Shown: positions 54,044 to 64,000, counted from the stretch's first letter. The stretch: 64,000 bases of DNA from a candidate division FCPU426 bacterium (GCA_963771075.1 CAVYSE010000009.1:32001-96000); one strand, 5' to 3'. The notes: generated by a model not told the origin, from the letters alone. Made by a program: numbers and translations.

Positions 54044-56335
54044 TTGAAACAAATATTCGAAAGAGTGGCGAATTGGTTTAACACGAATCCGATCAAGGGC
54101 GCCTTCATCATCCTTGCCGGAGCGGTCCTGATTCTTTTCGGGAAAGCCCTCTTTGACCCAGACCTGCTCTTTTCCATTCCCCAAGGAGATTTGGCGGGCC
54201 AGTTTCTCGCTTGGAGGGAATTCGGCTTTTCCGAGTTGAAGTCTGGACACCTGGTCTTTTGGAACCCTTACATCTATTGCGGCGCCCCCTATTTCTCGGG
54301 TTTCCAGTCAGCCCTCCTCTACCCCCCCAACTGGCTCTTCATGGTCATGCCGCTCATCATGGGCCTGAATTTTTCCGCGGCGCTCCACATTTTCCTGGGC
54401 GGATTCTTTTGCTTCCTTTGGCTTTCCCAGACCCGTACCTCCTTTCTTCCCAGCCTCTTTGGCGCCTTCGCTTTCATGTTCGGGGGCGCTTTCTTCCTGC
54501 ATGTTTACCCCGGTCACCTTCCCAACCTATGCACCATGGCCTGGATACCGCTCGTTTTCTTGTTTCTTGACCGGTATTTCGACTCTCTCAAGCTCAAATG
54601 GCTTTTGTCCGGCATGGGAGCCTTAGGCTTGGAGCTCCTATCGGGGCATGTCCAGTATTTTTACTACACCCTGCTTTTCAGCGGATTCTATTATTTTGTC
54701 CGTTTGCTCATGGACCGACGTCAATGGGTCGTGAAATCCATCGGGGGGTTGGCCTTGGTTCTGGGTTCCTTTCTCCTAACTGCGGTTCAAGGAATCCCCG
54801 GTGTTCAAGCGGCCATCGAGAATCCACGCCCCACGCCCGACTCCTCCGCGGCCCACCGTCTCTATTCTTTTCCGGTCGAAAACCTGTTGACCTTTTTCAC
54901 CTCCGGCTTAAACGGGAATATCTCCCATTTTAACTGCTGGTCTTTCGTCGACATCTGGTGGGAATCGTGCCTCTTCATGGGATTGACGGTTTTCCTTTTC
55001 GCCTTTTACGGCATCTTCGCCAAACCCATCAGCGGTAAATGGGCGCTGATCGCCCTGGCCGCATTCGCGCTTCTTGTCACCCTGGGCTATAACACACCCT
55101 TTTACACCATTTTTTCCAGCGTGATCCCCTTCATCAAATTGTTCAAGGGCAGTTACAAGGCGGGGGTCTTTATCCAATTGGCCTTTGGCGTCTTGGCCGC
55201 GCGGGCCCTGGATGTTTGGATCAAGGATAACCACCCTCCAGCCTGGCCCGGCTGGCTGGCCTTCGTCATGAGCTTGGTCTTTCTTTTTTCCATACCTCGC
55301 ATTGACAGCCTCACGTTCGGGCAAATCTTGGAGGTTTTCAATTCACCTCTCGACACCCAACCGGGGAATTTCGGCCTTCAACGCATGGCGGTACAAGAAA
55401 TCAATCTTTTGGGCGCCTCATCCCTGGCCATTCTCTTCGCTGGCCTTTGGATCTTTACCCAAAAACGCCCTTCCTACCGGCCAGCCCTGGCCTTTTTGGG
55501 CATCGCGAACCTTTTCTTTTTCGCCCTTTCCGTCCTTCCCTTTTTCGATTCCAAGGTCCTGGTCAGCGACGGGACTTTGCTGGCTAAAAACGTCTCCCCC
55601 ATGGCGGGGGAAAACCGGATTTATTGGTATAACCAAGCCGACCGCGCTTTATTTTCCCGGTTAAAAAACGTCATTGGGGACGACCCTTCCCTTCCCCAAA
55701 GATATGCGCGCCTCATCAACATCCAGGACAATCGTTTCGATTATTCACGCTTCGTCGTTGATTTTTCCGAGCCCAAGCCCAAATTGATCCGGATGGCCAT
55801 CAGTATCGACCAAGTCGAAACCGGGTATAAGATCAACCGGGTTCCAGGCCCCCAGTTGGCCAGGGCAGCGTTATACGATGATTGGGAACTCGCTCCCTCT
55901 CCCGAGGCGGCTTTGATCCGGGCTCTCGCTCCCGATTTTGATATGTTCCATAAGGTCGTCCTGGAAAGTGCCCCCCATCCGCTCCCCGTCAAGGGGAAGG
56001 ACAGCGGTCAGGTGGTCGTGACGGATGTGAATTCGGATATTTTGGAAATCAAGGCGGTGACGGACCGGCCCCAAATACTGTTGGTGACCGAGAACTACGC
56101 GAATGGTTGGCAGGTGAAGCCATTTCCGGATAGCGTCCAACAAAACTACGAAATCCTTCCCGGGGACTCGATCCATCGGGCCATCCCACTCTTGGCGGGA
56201 ACACACCACTTTTATCTTCAATACAAAGCGCCGGGATTTGAAACGGGACTTTGGATCTCGGTGGTCTCCCTGCTCGCCTATGGTTTGACTTGGGTCTGGG
56301 TCTTGCGCCGTAGAGAAAGAATCGAGGCGGTCTAG
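54044..56335 (+). CDS. YfhO-like polytopic membrane glycosyltransferase (GT-C)
   Basis: WNPYIYCGAP, LLYPPNW, many TM helices, C-terminal ENYANGW...GTHH..L.Y.P + TM. Confidence 0.8.
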   Translation: MKQIFERVANWFNTNPIKGAFIILAGAVLILFGKALFDPDLLFSIPQGDLAGQFLAWREFGFSELKSGHLVFWNPYIYCGAPYFSGFQSALLYPPNWLFMVMPLIMGLNFSAALHIFLGGFFCFLWLSQTRTSFLPSLFGAFAFMFGGAFFLHVYPGHLPNLCTMAWIPLVFLFLDRYFDSLKLKWLLSGMGALGLELLSGHVQYFYYTLLFSGFYYFVRLLMDRRQWVVKSIGGLALVLGSFLLTAVQGIPGVQAAIENPRPTPDSSAAHRLYSFPVENLLTFFTSGLNGNISHFNCWSFVDIWWESCLFMGLTVFLFAFYGIFAKPISGKWALIALAAFALLVTLGYNTPFYTIFSSVIPFIKLFKGSYKAGVFIQLAFGVLAARALDVWIKDNHPPAWPGWLAFVMSLVFLFSIPRIDSLTFGQILEVFNSPLDTQPGNFGLQRMAVQEINLLGASSLAILFAGLWIFTQKRPSYRPALAFLGIANLFFFALSVLPFFDSKVLVSDGTLLAKNVSPMAGENRIYWYNQADRALFSRLKNVIGDDPSLPQRYARLINIQDNRFDYSRFVVDFSEPKPKLIRMAISIDQVETGYKINRVPGPQLARAALYDDWELAPSPEAALIRALAPDFDMFHKVVLESAPHPLPVKGKDSGQVVVTDVNSDILEIKAVTDRPQILLVTENYANGWQVKPFPDSVQQNYEILPGDSIHRAIPLLAGTHHFYLQYKAPGFETGLWISVVSLLAYGLTWVWVLRRRERIEAV

Positions 56336-56372
56336 GCGCATTCTGGATTTTATACAAAATCCGTTTTAATTA

Positions 56373-57512
56373 TTATTGGCCAACCACTTCCGAAAGATAA
56401 ACCAATTGAACACCCTGTTGCTGGATCTTGGGGAGGGCCTGGAGAAGGGTTTCCAGGGTCACCGCCTTGAAATGGCCGATGGCCACGGCGGTTCCCTGCT
56501 TCTTGGCGATGGCCAGGGCCCGGTCCAACTGTTTCAAAATGGCATGCGCCTGTACCTTGTCGTCCAAAAAAACATCCCGTTTGGCGTGGGGCAACCCGAG
56601 ACGCTCGGCTTCCGCCTCGGCAACCGTCTTGGGCGAGGTCCGGGAATCGAGGAAGAAGAGCCCCCTCTTCCCCAAAAATGCGCAAACCTCATCCATGAGG
56701 GCTTTGTTCTCGCTCGCCAAACTCCCCATATGGTTGTTCATGCCCACCGCGCCAGGCAAAACCTCAAACGCCGCCTCCAGGTTTTGTCCGACCTTATCCG
56801 ATGACATGCCCCTTTTCAGGTATTCAGGGTAGGCGTTCTTGGGGAATTTTTCATGGCCTTCCATGGGCATATGGCAGATGACTTCCACCCCGTGGCCCGG
56901 GGCCTCCTCCGCCAGCTGCTTGCCGAATTCGGTGGAGGGGATCAGGGCCAGGGTCACCGGAACCTTGAAGGCGTAGAGGTTTTCCAAAGCCTGACCTTTT
57001 TGGTAACCCCCGTCGTCGATGACCAGACTGAGGCGGGGCTTGTGGGTTTGGAGGAAGGTGATGGTAATGGGGGTCCATTGGCCGTCATAAGCGAAAACAT
57101 AACTGTAAAAGGTGGCTTGCCGCTGGGTGTCCTCGCCCGTCGTGGAATGGCCCTCGACCGCCCCGGCTGTTTCGGCGGCCTGCCGCAATTGGTCCGCCAA
57201 CTGTTCGGGGGTGTAGCGACGGGGCAGGCGGAAGATTTCTTGGTAGACCGGCAGGGTCAAGTCCCCCAGGGTGAAATCCTTTTGGAGGATATCCCCTTCC
57301 CGCATTCTCAGAATCCCCAACTGGCGGAGCTTTTGCTCCAGGGCCGTGCGGAGATTTTCGGCGTCCTGCGGGCTGTGCCGGACGGACGGGGCTGGAACCG
57401 TCTTGGGGGGCTTCTCATGGCCCGACCGGAGGATCGAATAGACCACGACGCCTGCCAATCCCAGCCCCAGGATCAACAGCGGGAGGATTATGAGCAGGAA
57501 CCTTTTATTCAT
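56373..57512 (-). CDS. Divergent polysaccharide deacetylase (YibQ family)
   Basis: VIDDGG, HMPME, NNHMGS, FLDSRT, RDVFLD, AIGH. Confidence 0.92.
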   Translation of the reverse strand: MNKRFLLIILPLLILGLGLAGVVVYSILRSGHEKPPKTVPAPSVRHSPQDAENLRTALEQKLRQLGILRMREGDILQKDFTLGDLTLPVYQEIFRLPRRYTPEQLADQLRQAAETAGAVEGHSTTGEDTQRQATFYSYVFAYDGQWTPITITFLQTHKPRLSLVIDDGGYQKGQALENLYAFKVPVTLALIPSTEFGKQLAEEAPGHGVEVICHMPMEGHEKFPKNAYPEYLKRGMSSDKVGQNLEAAFEVLPGAVGMNNHMGSLASENKALMDEVCAFLGKRGLFFLDSRTSPKTVAEAEAERLGLPHAKRDVFLDDKVQAHAILKQLDRALAIAKKQGTAVAIGHFKAVTLETLLQALPKIQQQGVQLVYLSEVVGQ

Positions 57513-57537
57513 AGCCGCGAACCCCGCTTGAAAAGAA

Positions 57538-59096
57538 CTATTCGTTTTCCTTCAATTTATTGCGTTCTTCCTCGAGCTTTTTCTCGCCCGCCTTCTCGTC
57601 CGGCTCGGCCTTCTTGGGGTATTTGGCGTAAAGGGCCTTGCTGATTTTTCCCCCGTTATGAATGATGTCGACCGCCACCGCGACCTGATTGTCGGCCAGC
57701 ACGGCTTCTTCGCGCGCTTCCTTCTCGCCCAGCTTGGCCCGCACCAGCTCCACCCGCAGGCTGGTCTTCAGGTATTGCTCGTCCTTCTTCAGCTCTTCCT
57801 TGTCGATTTTTTTGCCGGTTTTGACGCAATAGTCGTAAAACCCATCCATGGTCTCCGGGGAAATCGGCATCCCGGCGCGAAACATCCAGTCCTCCTATTG
57901 ATCAGATATCTTGGCGTACTTTTCAGCCAACTGCTGGCTGTAAACCTTGATGGTGGATTCGGTGGCGTCGTGGTCCTTCAGGTTCAGGTCCGGATCGATG
58001 CCGATGCCGTGGATACAGACACCCGAGGGGGTGTAGTACTTGGCCATGGTCAACCGAAGGGCCGCCCCATCGCTGTTGTCCAGGGGCAGGATGGTCTGCA
58101 CGGAGCCCTTACCGAAACTCTTGGAGCCGATGAGGACCGCCCTTTTCCAGTCCTTCAGGGCCCCCGCGACGATCTCCGCGCCCGAGGCGCTTCCCTCGTT
58201 GATCATGGCCACCACCGGCAGAAGCTTGAGCTGAATTTTTCGTCATCTTGCGACTTGAAGAGCTGGTTCTGGTTCTCGCTGCGTCCCTTGGTGGACACGA
58301 TGGTGTCCCCCGGGTGACCGAAATAATTGGAGACGCCGACCGCCTCGTTCAGGAGCCCCCCCGGATCGTTGCGCAGGTCGACGATCAAACCCTTGAGGGG
58401 CTTTTGTTTCTCCAAATTCTTGACCGCGCTCACGAAATCGTCGGTGGTGTTGTCGATAAACTCCGAGATTCGGACGTACCCGATGCAGTCGGGCAGGAGG
58501 TAGGAATGGATGCTCTCGATCTTGATGGCGTCCCGCACCAACGTCACGTCAAAGGGCTCGTTGAGGCCCTGCCGCAATATGGAGATGGTGACTTTGGTTC
58601 CGATTTGGCCCCGCAGGCGCTTGACCGCGTCGTTGATTCCCATCATGTCGGTTTTCTCATCGCCGATCTTGACGATCTTATCCCCAGCCTTGATGCCGGC
58701 CCGGTCCGCGGGGGTTCCCTCGATGGGGGAAATAACAGTCAGGTGCTCATCCTTGATGGCGATCTCGATCCCCAACCCGCCGAAGGAGCCCGAGGTTTCA
58801 GTCTGCATTTCCTTGTAATCCTCGGGGGGCATAAACTGGCTGAAGGGGTCCAGGGTGTTGACCATGCCTTGAATGGCCCCGTAGATGAGGTCCTTGGGGT
58901 TGGTCTTGTCCTCGTCCACGTACTTCTGGCGGATGATGGTCAGGGCGTCCACGAATGGGTTGAGGTACTTATAAACATCCTCCGAAGTCCCGGCGTTCTT
59001 GGGGGCCGATTGGGTCAGGGTCCCCGCGGCGAAGCTAACCCCGGACAAAAGAATAATCAGGGCGGCGACGGTGTAAAGGCTGGGGCGACGGTTCAT
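57538..59096 (-). CDS. ctpA: S41A carboxyl-terminal protease, interrupted into three ORFs
   Basis: [28 protein letters not shown] and GKGSVQ in a second frame; in-frame TAG at 57895-57897. Confidence 0.85.
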
Positions 59097-59201
59097 GCAT
59101 ATCCTCCAAAGAAATAGTACAAAACTCAGTTGAGGCTCGAATTGACCAACACAGGGTTTCCCGGATAAGAATCATCCCCTCTCCCCGGAGGAAGGTTCGC
59201 C

Positions 59202-60554
59202 TTAATGCTGGTGTGTCAGCCAGCGCACCGGGTCCTCGGGTAAGCCGTCATGGCGAATCTCGAAATAAAGACTGGTTCCCCATTGGTCGGCGTAAAGCGA
59301 GCCGGTGTCCCCCACGGTACCCTAAGATCTGTCCCTGGGCTACCTCCGTTCCCTCGGCCACACTGAGTTCGGCGGCCTGGGCGTAGAGGGAATAATAACC
59401 TTTGCCATGGTCTAAAATCACCAGTTTTCCATAACCTTTGAACCAATCGGCATACCGGACCAACCCCTTCGCCACCGCCCGAATTGGCGTCCCCGCGGGG
59501 CGGCAATCTGGATGCCGGTATTATCGACCATTTCATTGAATTCCTTGTTCTTGCTTCTCCCAAAGTTCAACATGATCTTACCTGAGACGGGCCAGGGGAT
59601 CTTTCCCCGGACCACTTTCAACCCCGCGCCTTCGGCGGTTTGACCGGCAGGCGACGAATTCTTCGCGGTCTTCGCCTCGGCTTTTGCTTCCGCCGCCTGC
59701 TGGCTGGCGATCTTGGCTTGGCTTATCAGGCTCGAGAATTTTTGCTGGAGTTCACCTGCCGCCTCGTTGAGCTCGGAAAGCAGCTGTTCCTGGTTCTCCT
59801 TTTGACGCTTCAAGGAGGCCAAAAACACCGAGCGGTTCCTTTTTTTCTGGCCCAGCTCTTTTTCCTGGCGTCCCAGGCTGCCCAGGAGTTTTTCCTTGCG
59901 CCTGCCCTCCGCAACCCACTCGGTGGAAGCCGTCTCCAAATCCGTTTCGCTCTCCAATGTGCCTTCCATCAGCTTCTCGTTGCTTTGGGCCAAAAGGGTC
60001 TCGAACTTGAGCTTGCGGGCCAGGTCGGCGGGGTTTTCGCTGGAAAGCAGCCCCCCCAGCAGGGGTTGGCGGAAGGACATGCGGTAAAGGGCGCGGAGCC
60101 GCTGTTGGAGGAGAGTCCGGTCCTGCTCCAGGAGCAGGCGGTTTTGCATCATGGTGGACTGGAGCCGGTCCAGACGGTCCCGGGTTTCGTCCAGCTCTTC
60201 CTGGTTGGCTTCCTTTTCCCGGCGCAATTTACCCAGGGCCTGGTCCACCTGCTGAAGGTGGGAGAGGACGTTTTTTTCCCTGGCCTCGGTGAGCTTCTTG
60301 ATCTTTTTCTGCTGCTCAATTTTCTTCTTGATCGCGGCAAGGTTTTTCTTGTTCTGGTGGATGTCATGCTTGATGGCCGTCAAATCAACGGGGGTGGCGG
60401 AAGGGCTGCCAGCGGGCGCCACCGTGTCCTGTGCGAAGGCGGGATTGGCGGCCTCAAAAAGGAGAGGTAGAAGAATCCCTATACCAAGGTTAAAAAAACA
60501 TTTCGTGATTATGGAAAATGCCTCTTTCAGGTTGTTTCTGTATCGACGGGCCAT
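59202..60554 (-). CDS. envC: Murein hydrolase activator EnvC (two compensating frameshifts)
   Basis: Long coiled coil, WPVSG, degenerate LytM lacking Zn ligands (NTGIQI, LYFEIR); follows ftsX. Confidence 0.85.
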
Positions 60555-60585
60555 TGGCTTTTAAAACCTTTATCGATTACTGATT

Positions 60586-60607
60586 TTCTCCGTGTTTCTG
60601 TGGTAAA
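60586..60607 (-). repeat. Short arm of a CACAGAGA-type periodic element
   Basis: Minus strand TTTACCACAGAAACACGGAGAA between ftsX and envC. Confidence 0.6.
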
Positions 60608-60624
60608 TGCCTTTAGAGATATGC

Positions 60625-61527
60625 TTACCTCAGATCGCCAGCCCATTCTTTGCGTACCGCCCAAAGGGACCCGGCAAAGCCAAGCATTGCCCCCAACAAA
60701 ACAAGGGTTAAGTAAAGACTTCCCCAATCCATGCCGGGCAGGTTGATGAACATTTCCATTCCCCCGGACTTGGGCAAGAACCATCCCAGGGCCAATTTAA
60801 GCGACTCCAAGACCAACATTCCCAAACCCGCCCCCAATAATCCCTTCACCAGGCCCTCCCAAAGGTAAGGGCCCCACCGCATCCAGGAGGGAGCGCCCAG
60901 GCGGGAAAGCAAAACCCATTCCTCCCGTCGTGCCCAGAGGGCCAGCGTCAGGGCATTGGAAACGATAAAAAGGGCCGTCAAAAAGACGAAAGCGCCCAGG
61001 AACCAGCCTACCCAACGGGCCAAGCGGCTCAGGTTTGAAACCGCCTCCCATTCTCCCTTGCCATAATCGACCTCTTCCACCGCCGGGTCTTTTTTCATGG
61101 CTTCCACCAGGTCGTCGATCTTTTCCGATACGTCCTTTTTCAGGACCACGCTCAGGGAATCGGTCAGGGGATTCTCCCCCAGTGCCTGGACCATGCGGTC
61201 CACATCCGGATCCTTGCGGAAATCTTTCAGGGCCTCATCCTTGCCCACCACCCGTACCGAGGCCACGCGGGGGTCAGCGGACAGGCGTTCCTGTAGCCTT
61301 TGAAGGTCGGAGGGTACCGCGCCGGGGGTCAGGAATATCGCCATCTCGAATTTCTGGCGGGCAGAAAGGAGAGCGTTATCCAAAACCTTGGAAATTCCCA
61401 GGAACAGGGAGACCTGAACCAGGGCGGCCGCCACGATGACCACCACCGCGGTGGAAAGCCCGGGAAAGCGGAATAACTGCGACAGGCCTTCTTTGAGTAC
61501 ATAAACCAGTTTTTGCCAGGAATTCAT
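60625..61527 (-). CDS. ftsX: Cell division permease FtsX
   Basis: 4 TM layout, K.EAL..F, ENPL.DS, RREE...LGA....R.PY..EG. Confidence 0.9.
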   Translation of the reverse strand: MNSWQKLVYVLKEGLSQLFRFPGLSTAVVVIVAAALVQVSLFLGISKVLDNALLSARQKFEMAIFLTPGAVPSDLQRLQERLSADPRVASVRVVGKDEALKDFRKDPDVDRMVQALGENPLTDSLSVVLKKDVSEKIDDLVEAMKKDPAVEEVDYGKGEWEAVSNLSRLARWVGWFLGAFVFLTALFIVSNALTLALWARREEWVLLSRLGAPSWMRWGPYLWEGLVKGLLGAGLGMLVLESLKLALGWFLPKSGGMEMFINLPGMDWGSLYLTLVLLGAMLGFAGSLWAVRKEWAGDLR

Positions 61528-62219
61528 GGGGTTGGCACCTCAACAGGGGATATCCTGCCTTCCGCCAGTCGATACCATTGAATGATGCCCTTTAAGGCTG
61601 GTATGGATTGCTCGACCTCCGGAAAGGCCTGTTTGGAGGTCAATACGAGTGTCGCACCGGTCTTGCGTAATTCCCCGAGTAGCTTTAATAGAACGAGCGC
61701 CGTAGCCGAATCCAACCCCTGTAGGGGTTCATCCGCCAGGAACAATTTTGGCCGGAAGATCATCGCGCGAAGCGATAGCACCATCTTTTGCTGGGCCGAA
61801 GAAAGGTCCGTCGGTTTTGCCTCCATCTTTTCGCCGAGGCCCGCATTCTCCAACAGTTTGCGAATGGAATCCCTCTGCCCTTCGGGGTGGATACCCTTCA
61901 CTTGAAGGGTGAAAAGGATGTTTTGCTCGACCGTCTTGTCGGAAAAAAGGTGCAGGTCGGGAAAAGCCATACCGACCTCATTCAGCCAGTCTTTTTTTTC
62001 TTTGGGTGTAAGACCATAGGGATCGCCGGGGCCCACCCGCAAGACGCCTGAGGTTGGCTTCTCTTCCCCGCCCAGCATCTTGAGAAAGGTGCTTTTACCG
62101 CTGTTGTTCTCGCCAAGTATCACGTTGAAGGACGCTTCCGGAAATGAAAAGAAGGCGTCGTCGAGGACCTTGACGCCCGAAGGATGGACCTTGGTAAGGT
62201 GAAAAGCTTGGATCATCAT
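61524..62219 (-). CDS. ftsE: FtsE-like ABC ATPase with degenerate motifs
   Basis: Overlaps the ftsX start; GENNSGKST, LFLADEP; signature and H-loop altered. Confidence 0.75.
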   Translation of the reverse strand: MMIQAFHLTKVHPSGVKVLDDAFFSFPEASFNVILGENNSGKSTFLKMLGGEEKPTSGVLRVGPGDPYGLTPKEKKDWLNEVGMAFPDLHLFSDKTVEQNILFTLQVKGIHPEGQRDSIRKLLENAGLGEKMEAKPTDLSSAQQKMVLSLRAMIFRPKLFLADEPLQGLDSATALVLLKLLGELRKTGATLVLTSKQAFPEVEQSIPALKGIIQWYRLAEGRISPVEVPTP

Positions 62220-62360
62220 AATTAGCTTTAAGTTAAGGCAGGAGTGCCGGGCAAGCAAGGAAAAATCCGGTCAAAAGGCTTTTCACCAAAAAGGTCACAT
62301 GCCGCAATTCCATTAAGCTTTCAAAGCATGCGGTATAGTCTCGATTTCTTTGGCCTCCCG

Positions 62361-62445
62361 ACCCAAAGGCGACCAAGGACACTAAGTGGAAAGTTAATTT
62401 GCGAAACACGCAGATTTAACTTCGTATTCATTATGTGTTTCGTGG
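62361..62445. repeat. Periodic inverted-repeat element (9-nt CACGAAG-type arms, degenerate)
   Basis: CCCAAAGGC-GACCAAGGA-CACTAAG versus the reverse complement of the right arm, CACGAAACA-CATAATGAA-TACGAAG. Confidence 0.5.
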
Positions 62446-62453
62446 CAAGAGCT

Positions 62454-63380
62454 TTATTTTTTGGTTTCCTGTAAATCTTCCGGTTTGACGGGTTCGGTAT
62501 GCACGAAGACTTCCTGCACCCCTAAACGTGATTCCTTCACCACCGCGATCACCCGATGGGTCAATGCATGGGACTCAGAAATCGTCATGGTAGGGCTCAC
62601 CTGAATGTGCAGGTCCACATGGATATGACCGGGCATACCGTGGCTTCGTACCTTATGGCAAGCCAGTATGCCGGGAACGGACCGAACGACCTCTTTGACC
62701 TGTTCCGGGTCCAACATTACCCGGTCGGAAAGGACACTCAAGGATTGGTTGACGATCCTCATGGCCGCCCCGGCCACTATGACTACAACGATCAGGGAGG
62801 CAAGCCAATCCACCCAACCCAATCCAAAATGGGCCCCCGCCAAGGCCATAAACACTGCCGCGGCGGAGAGGGTGTCGCTACCAGTATGGGCGCTGTCGGC
62901 GGAAAGAAGCGAACTGCCCAGTTGTTTGGCGTTCTTACCCTCGAACCATGATATCCAGGCGCTGATAAGCATGGCGGCCGCCATCACGGCGAAGGAAAGA
63001 ATATTCGGGTCTGGGGCGGGGGCATGGGAAAAAAACCGTCCCAGTACCCTTTCCAAAATTTCCACGCAGGCCACCCCCATCAGGATGGCGATCACGAGCG
63101 AGGCGACGACCTCGAATTTCTGATGGCCGTAGGGGTGGTCCTCATCGGCCGGTTTGGAAGCGATCGAAACGCTCACCAACCCCACGACGTTGGCCGCGGC
63201 GTCCAAGAGCGAATGAACCCCATCCGCGACCATTGACAGGGAGTTCACGACCATACCCACCACGATCTTCCCAAAAGAGACCAAAAGGTTGGAGAGCAAA
63301 GTGAGGCTTAAAACTTGAAAAACTTTCCGATATTTATTCAAGGTTGTGGCCGATGGGGAGGTTTGATCCATTGGGTTCAT
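62454..63380 (-). CDS. Cation diffusion facilitator (FieF-like)
   Basis: ADGVHSLLD, HPYGH.KFE, ADSAH..SD, C-terminal dimerisation domain VHTEP. Confidence 0.95.
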   Translation of the reverse strand: MNPMDQTSPSATTLNKYRKVFQVLSLTLLSNLLVSFGKIVVGMVVNSLSMVADGVHSLLDAAANVVGLVSVSIASKPADEDHPYGHQKFEVVASLVIAILMGVACVEILERVLGRFFSHAPAPDPNILSFAVMAAAMLISAWISWFEGKNAKQLGSSLLSADSAHTGSDTLSAAAVFMALAGAHFGLGWVDWLASLIVVVIVAGAAMRIVNQSLSVLSDRVMLDPEQVKEVVRSVPGILACHKVRSHGMPGHIHVDLHIQVSPTMTISESHALTHRVIAVVKESRLGVQEVFVHTEPVKPEDLQETKK

Positions 63381-63426
63381 TCTAACGGCCTGCCTAGTTG
63401 CCTGAGTTCAAAAACTTCAATCATTG

Positions 63427-63544
63427 TCGTTAAGACGCCAAGACGCTAAGAAAAGCGAAACCTTTGATTTTAAATGATCAAATCCGTCGAAATTGATTTC
63501 GACTCTCACCTAAAAAAAGCGTTCTTGGCGGTCTTCGCGGTAAA
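63427..63544. repeat. Periodic inverted-repeat element (CGCCAAGA-type arms)
   Basis: CGTTAAGA-CGCCAAGA-CGCTAAGA on the left; right arm reverse complement TTTACCGCGAAGACCGCCAAGAA. Confidence 0.7.
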
Positions 63545-63568
63545 CCTTTTGAAGTTTATGTTTTATCT

Positions 63569-64000
63569 TTATTCGGTCTTCCCGCGTTTTTGAGCCCGAA
63601 GAATATGTTTCGCGATTTGAATGTTTTTATCGTGTTCTTGTAGGGTCGTGGCGAAAAGATCCGACCCATCACCCTTCGAAACGTAATAAAGATAGGGCAC
63701 TTGAGCGGGTTGGGCCACGGCTTGCAAGGATGCAAAACCCGGATTACAGATGGGCGTGGGCGGCAAACCCCTGTGCTGGTAAGTGTTATAAGGCGTTTTG
63801 ATATCTAACTGCTCGTGGGTAAACCAAGGGTTCTTGCTGTTGATGACATAGTTGAGGGTAGCGTTGACCTCAAGTCGCATCTTTTGCCTGAGACGGTTAT
63901 ACATGATCCCCGCGATAACGGGCCTTTCGGAATCGAGCTTGGCTTCTTTCTCGACGATCGAAGCCAGAATCACCCCTTGGTAAAGGGTCAACCCTTGCTT
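63569..64000 (-). CDS. mltG: Endolytic transglycosylase MltG (3' part)
   Basis: LASIVEKE, NRL...M.L, PYNTY..GLPPTPICNPG; runs off the window end. Confidence 0.95.
   Translation of the reverse strand, partial: KQGLTLYQGVILASIVEKEAKLDSERPVIAGIMYNRLRQKMRLEVNATLNYVINSKNPWFTHEQLDIKTPYNTYQHRGLPPTPICNPGFASLQAVAQPAQVPYLYYVSKGDGSDLFATTLQEHDKNIQIAKHILRAQKRGKTE

Noticed and set aside
57895..57897. Amber reassignment or pyrrolysine readthrough
   Set aside because: TAG is a normal stop for rpsM, rplE, map and dusB, RF1 is intact, and no pyl genes are present.
51533..60470. Long plus-strand ORFs (51533-52555, 53220-54047, 56853-57644, 58248-59117, 59640-60470)
   Set aside because: Antisense shadows of GC-rich genuine genes with no recognisable motifs.

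Overview
Bacterial core-genome window from a diderm organism (it has a beta-barrel OMP and a T9SS/FlgD-type C-terminal domain protein); almost all genes are on the minus strand. The left half holds the full str-S10-spc-alpha ribosomal supercluster preceded by rpoBC. rpoB follows rho-M23-rpmE-prfA-prmC rather than rplKAJL and has its own sigma70-like promoter plus a terminator-like leader hairpin. The right half holds folD-coaE coupled to two GAF-GGDEF cyclases, an HTH_17-receiver regulator, yajC, a porin-like OMP, glmS, rsmA, pdxA, PhoH, rsmI, PAP2, dusB, tsaD, a YfhO-like GT-C, the ftsEX-envC-ctpA-yibQ cluster, a CDF transporter and partial mltG. Best candidates for undescribed biology: (1) a ~330-nt structured 5' leader of the OMP gene with three hairpins sharing a (G)UCCCUGAG loop; (2) a dispersed family of degenerate inverted-repeat elements built from 8/9-nt periodic units at six gene junctions. 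Also notable are a degenerate FtsE, loop variants in uL22 and uL2, and a GC-rich tuf inside an AT-rich cluster. Frameshifts in tuf, ctpA and envC are probably sequencing indels. No rRNA, tRNA, CRISPR-cas locus or transposase was recognised.
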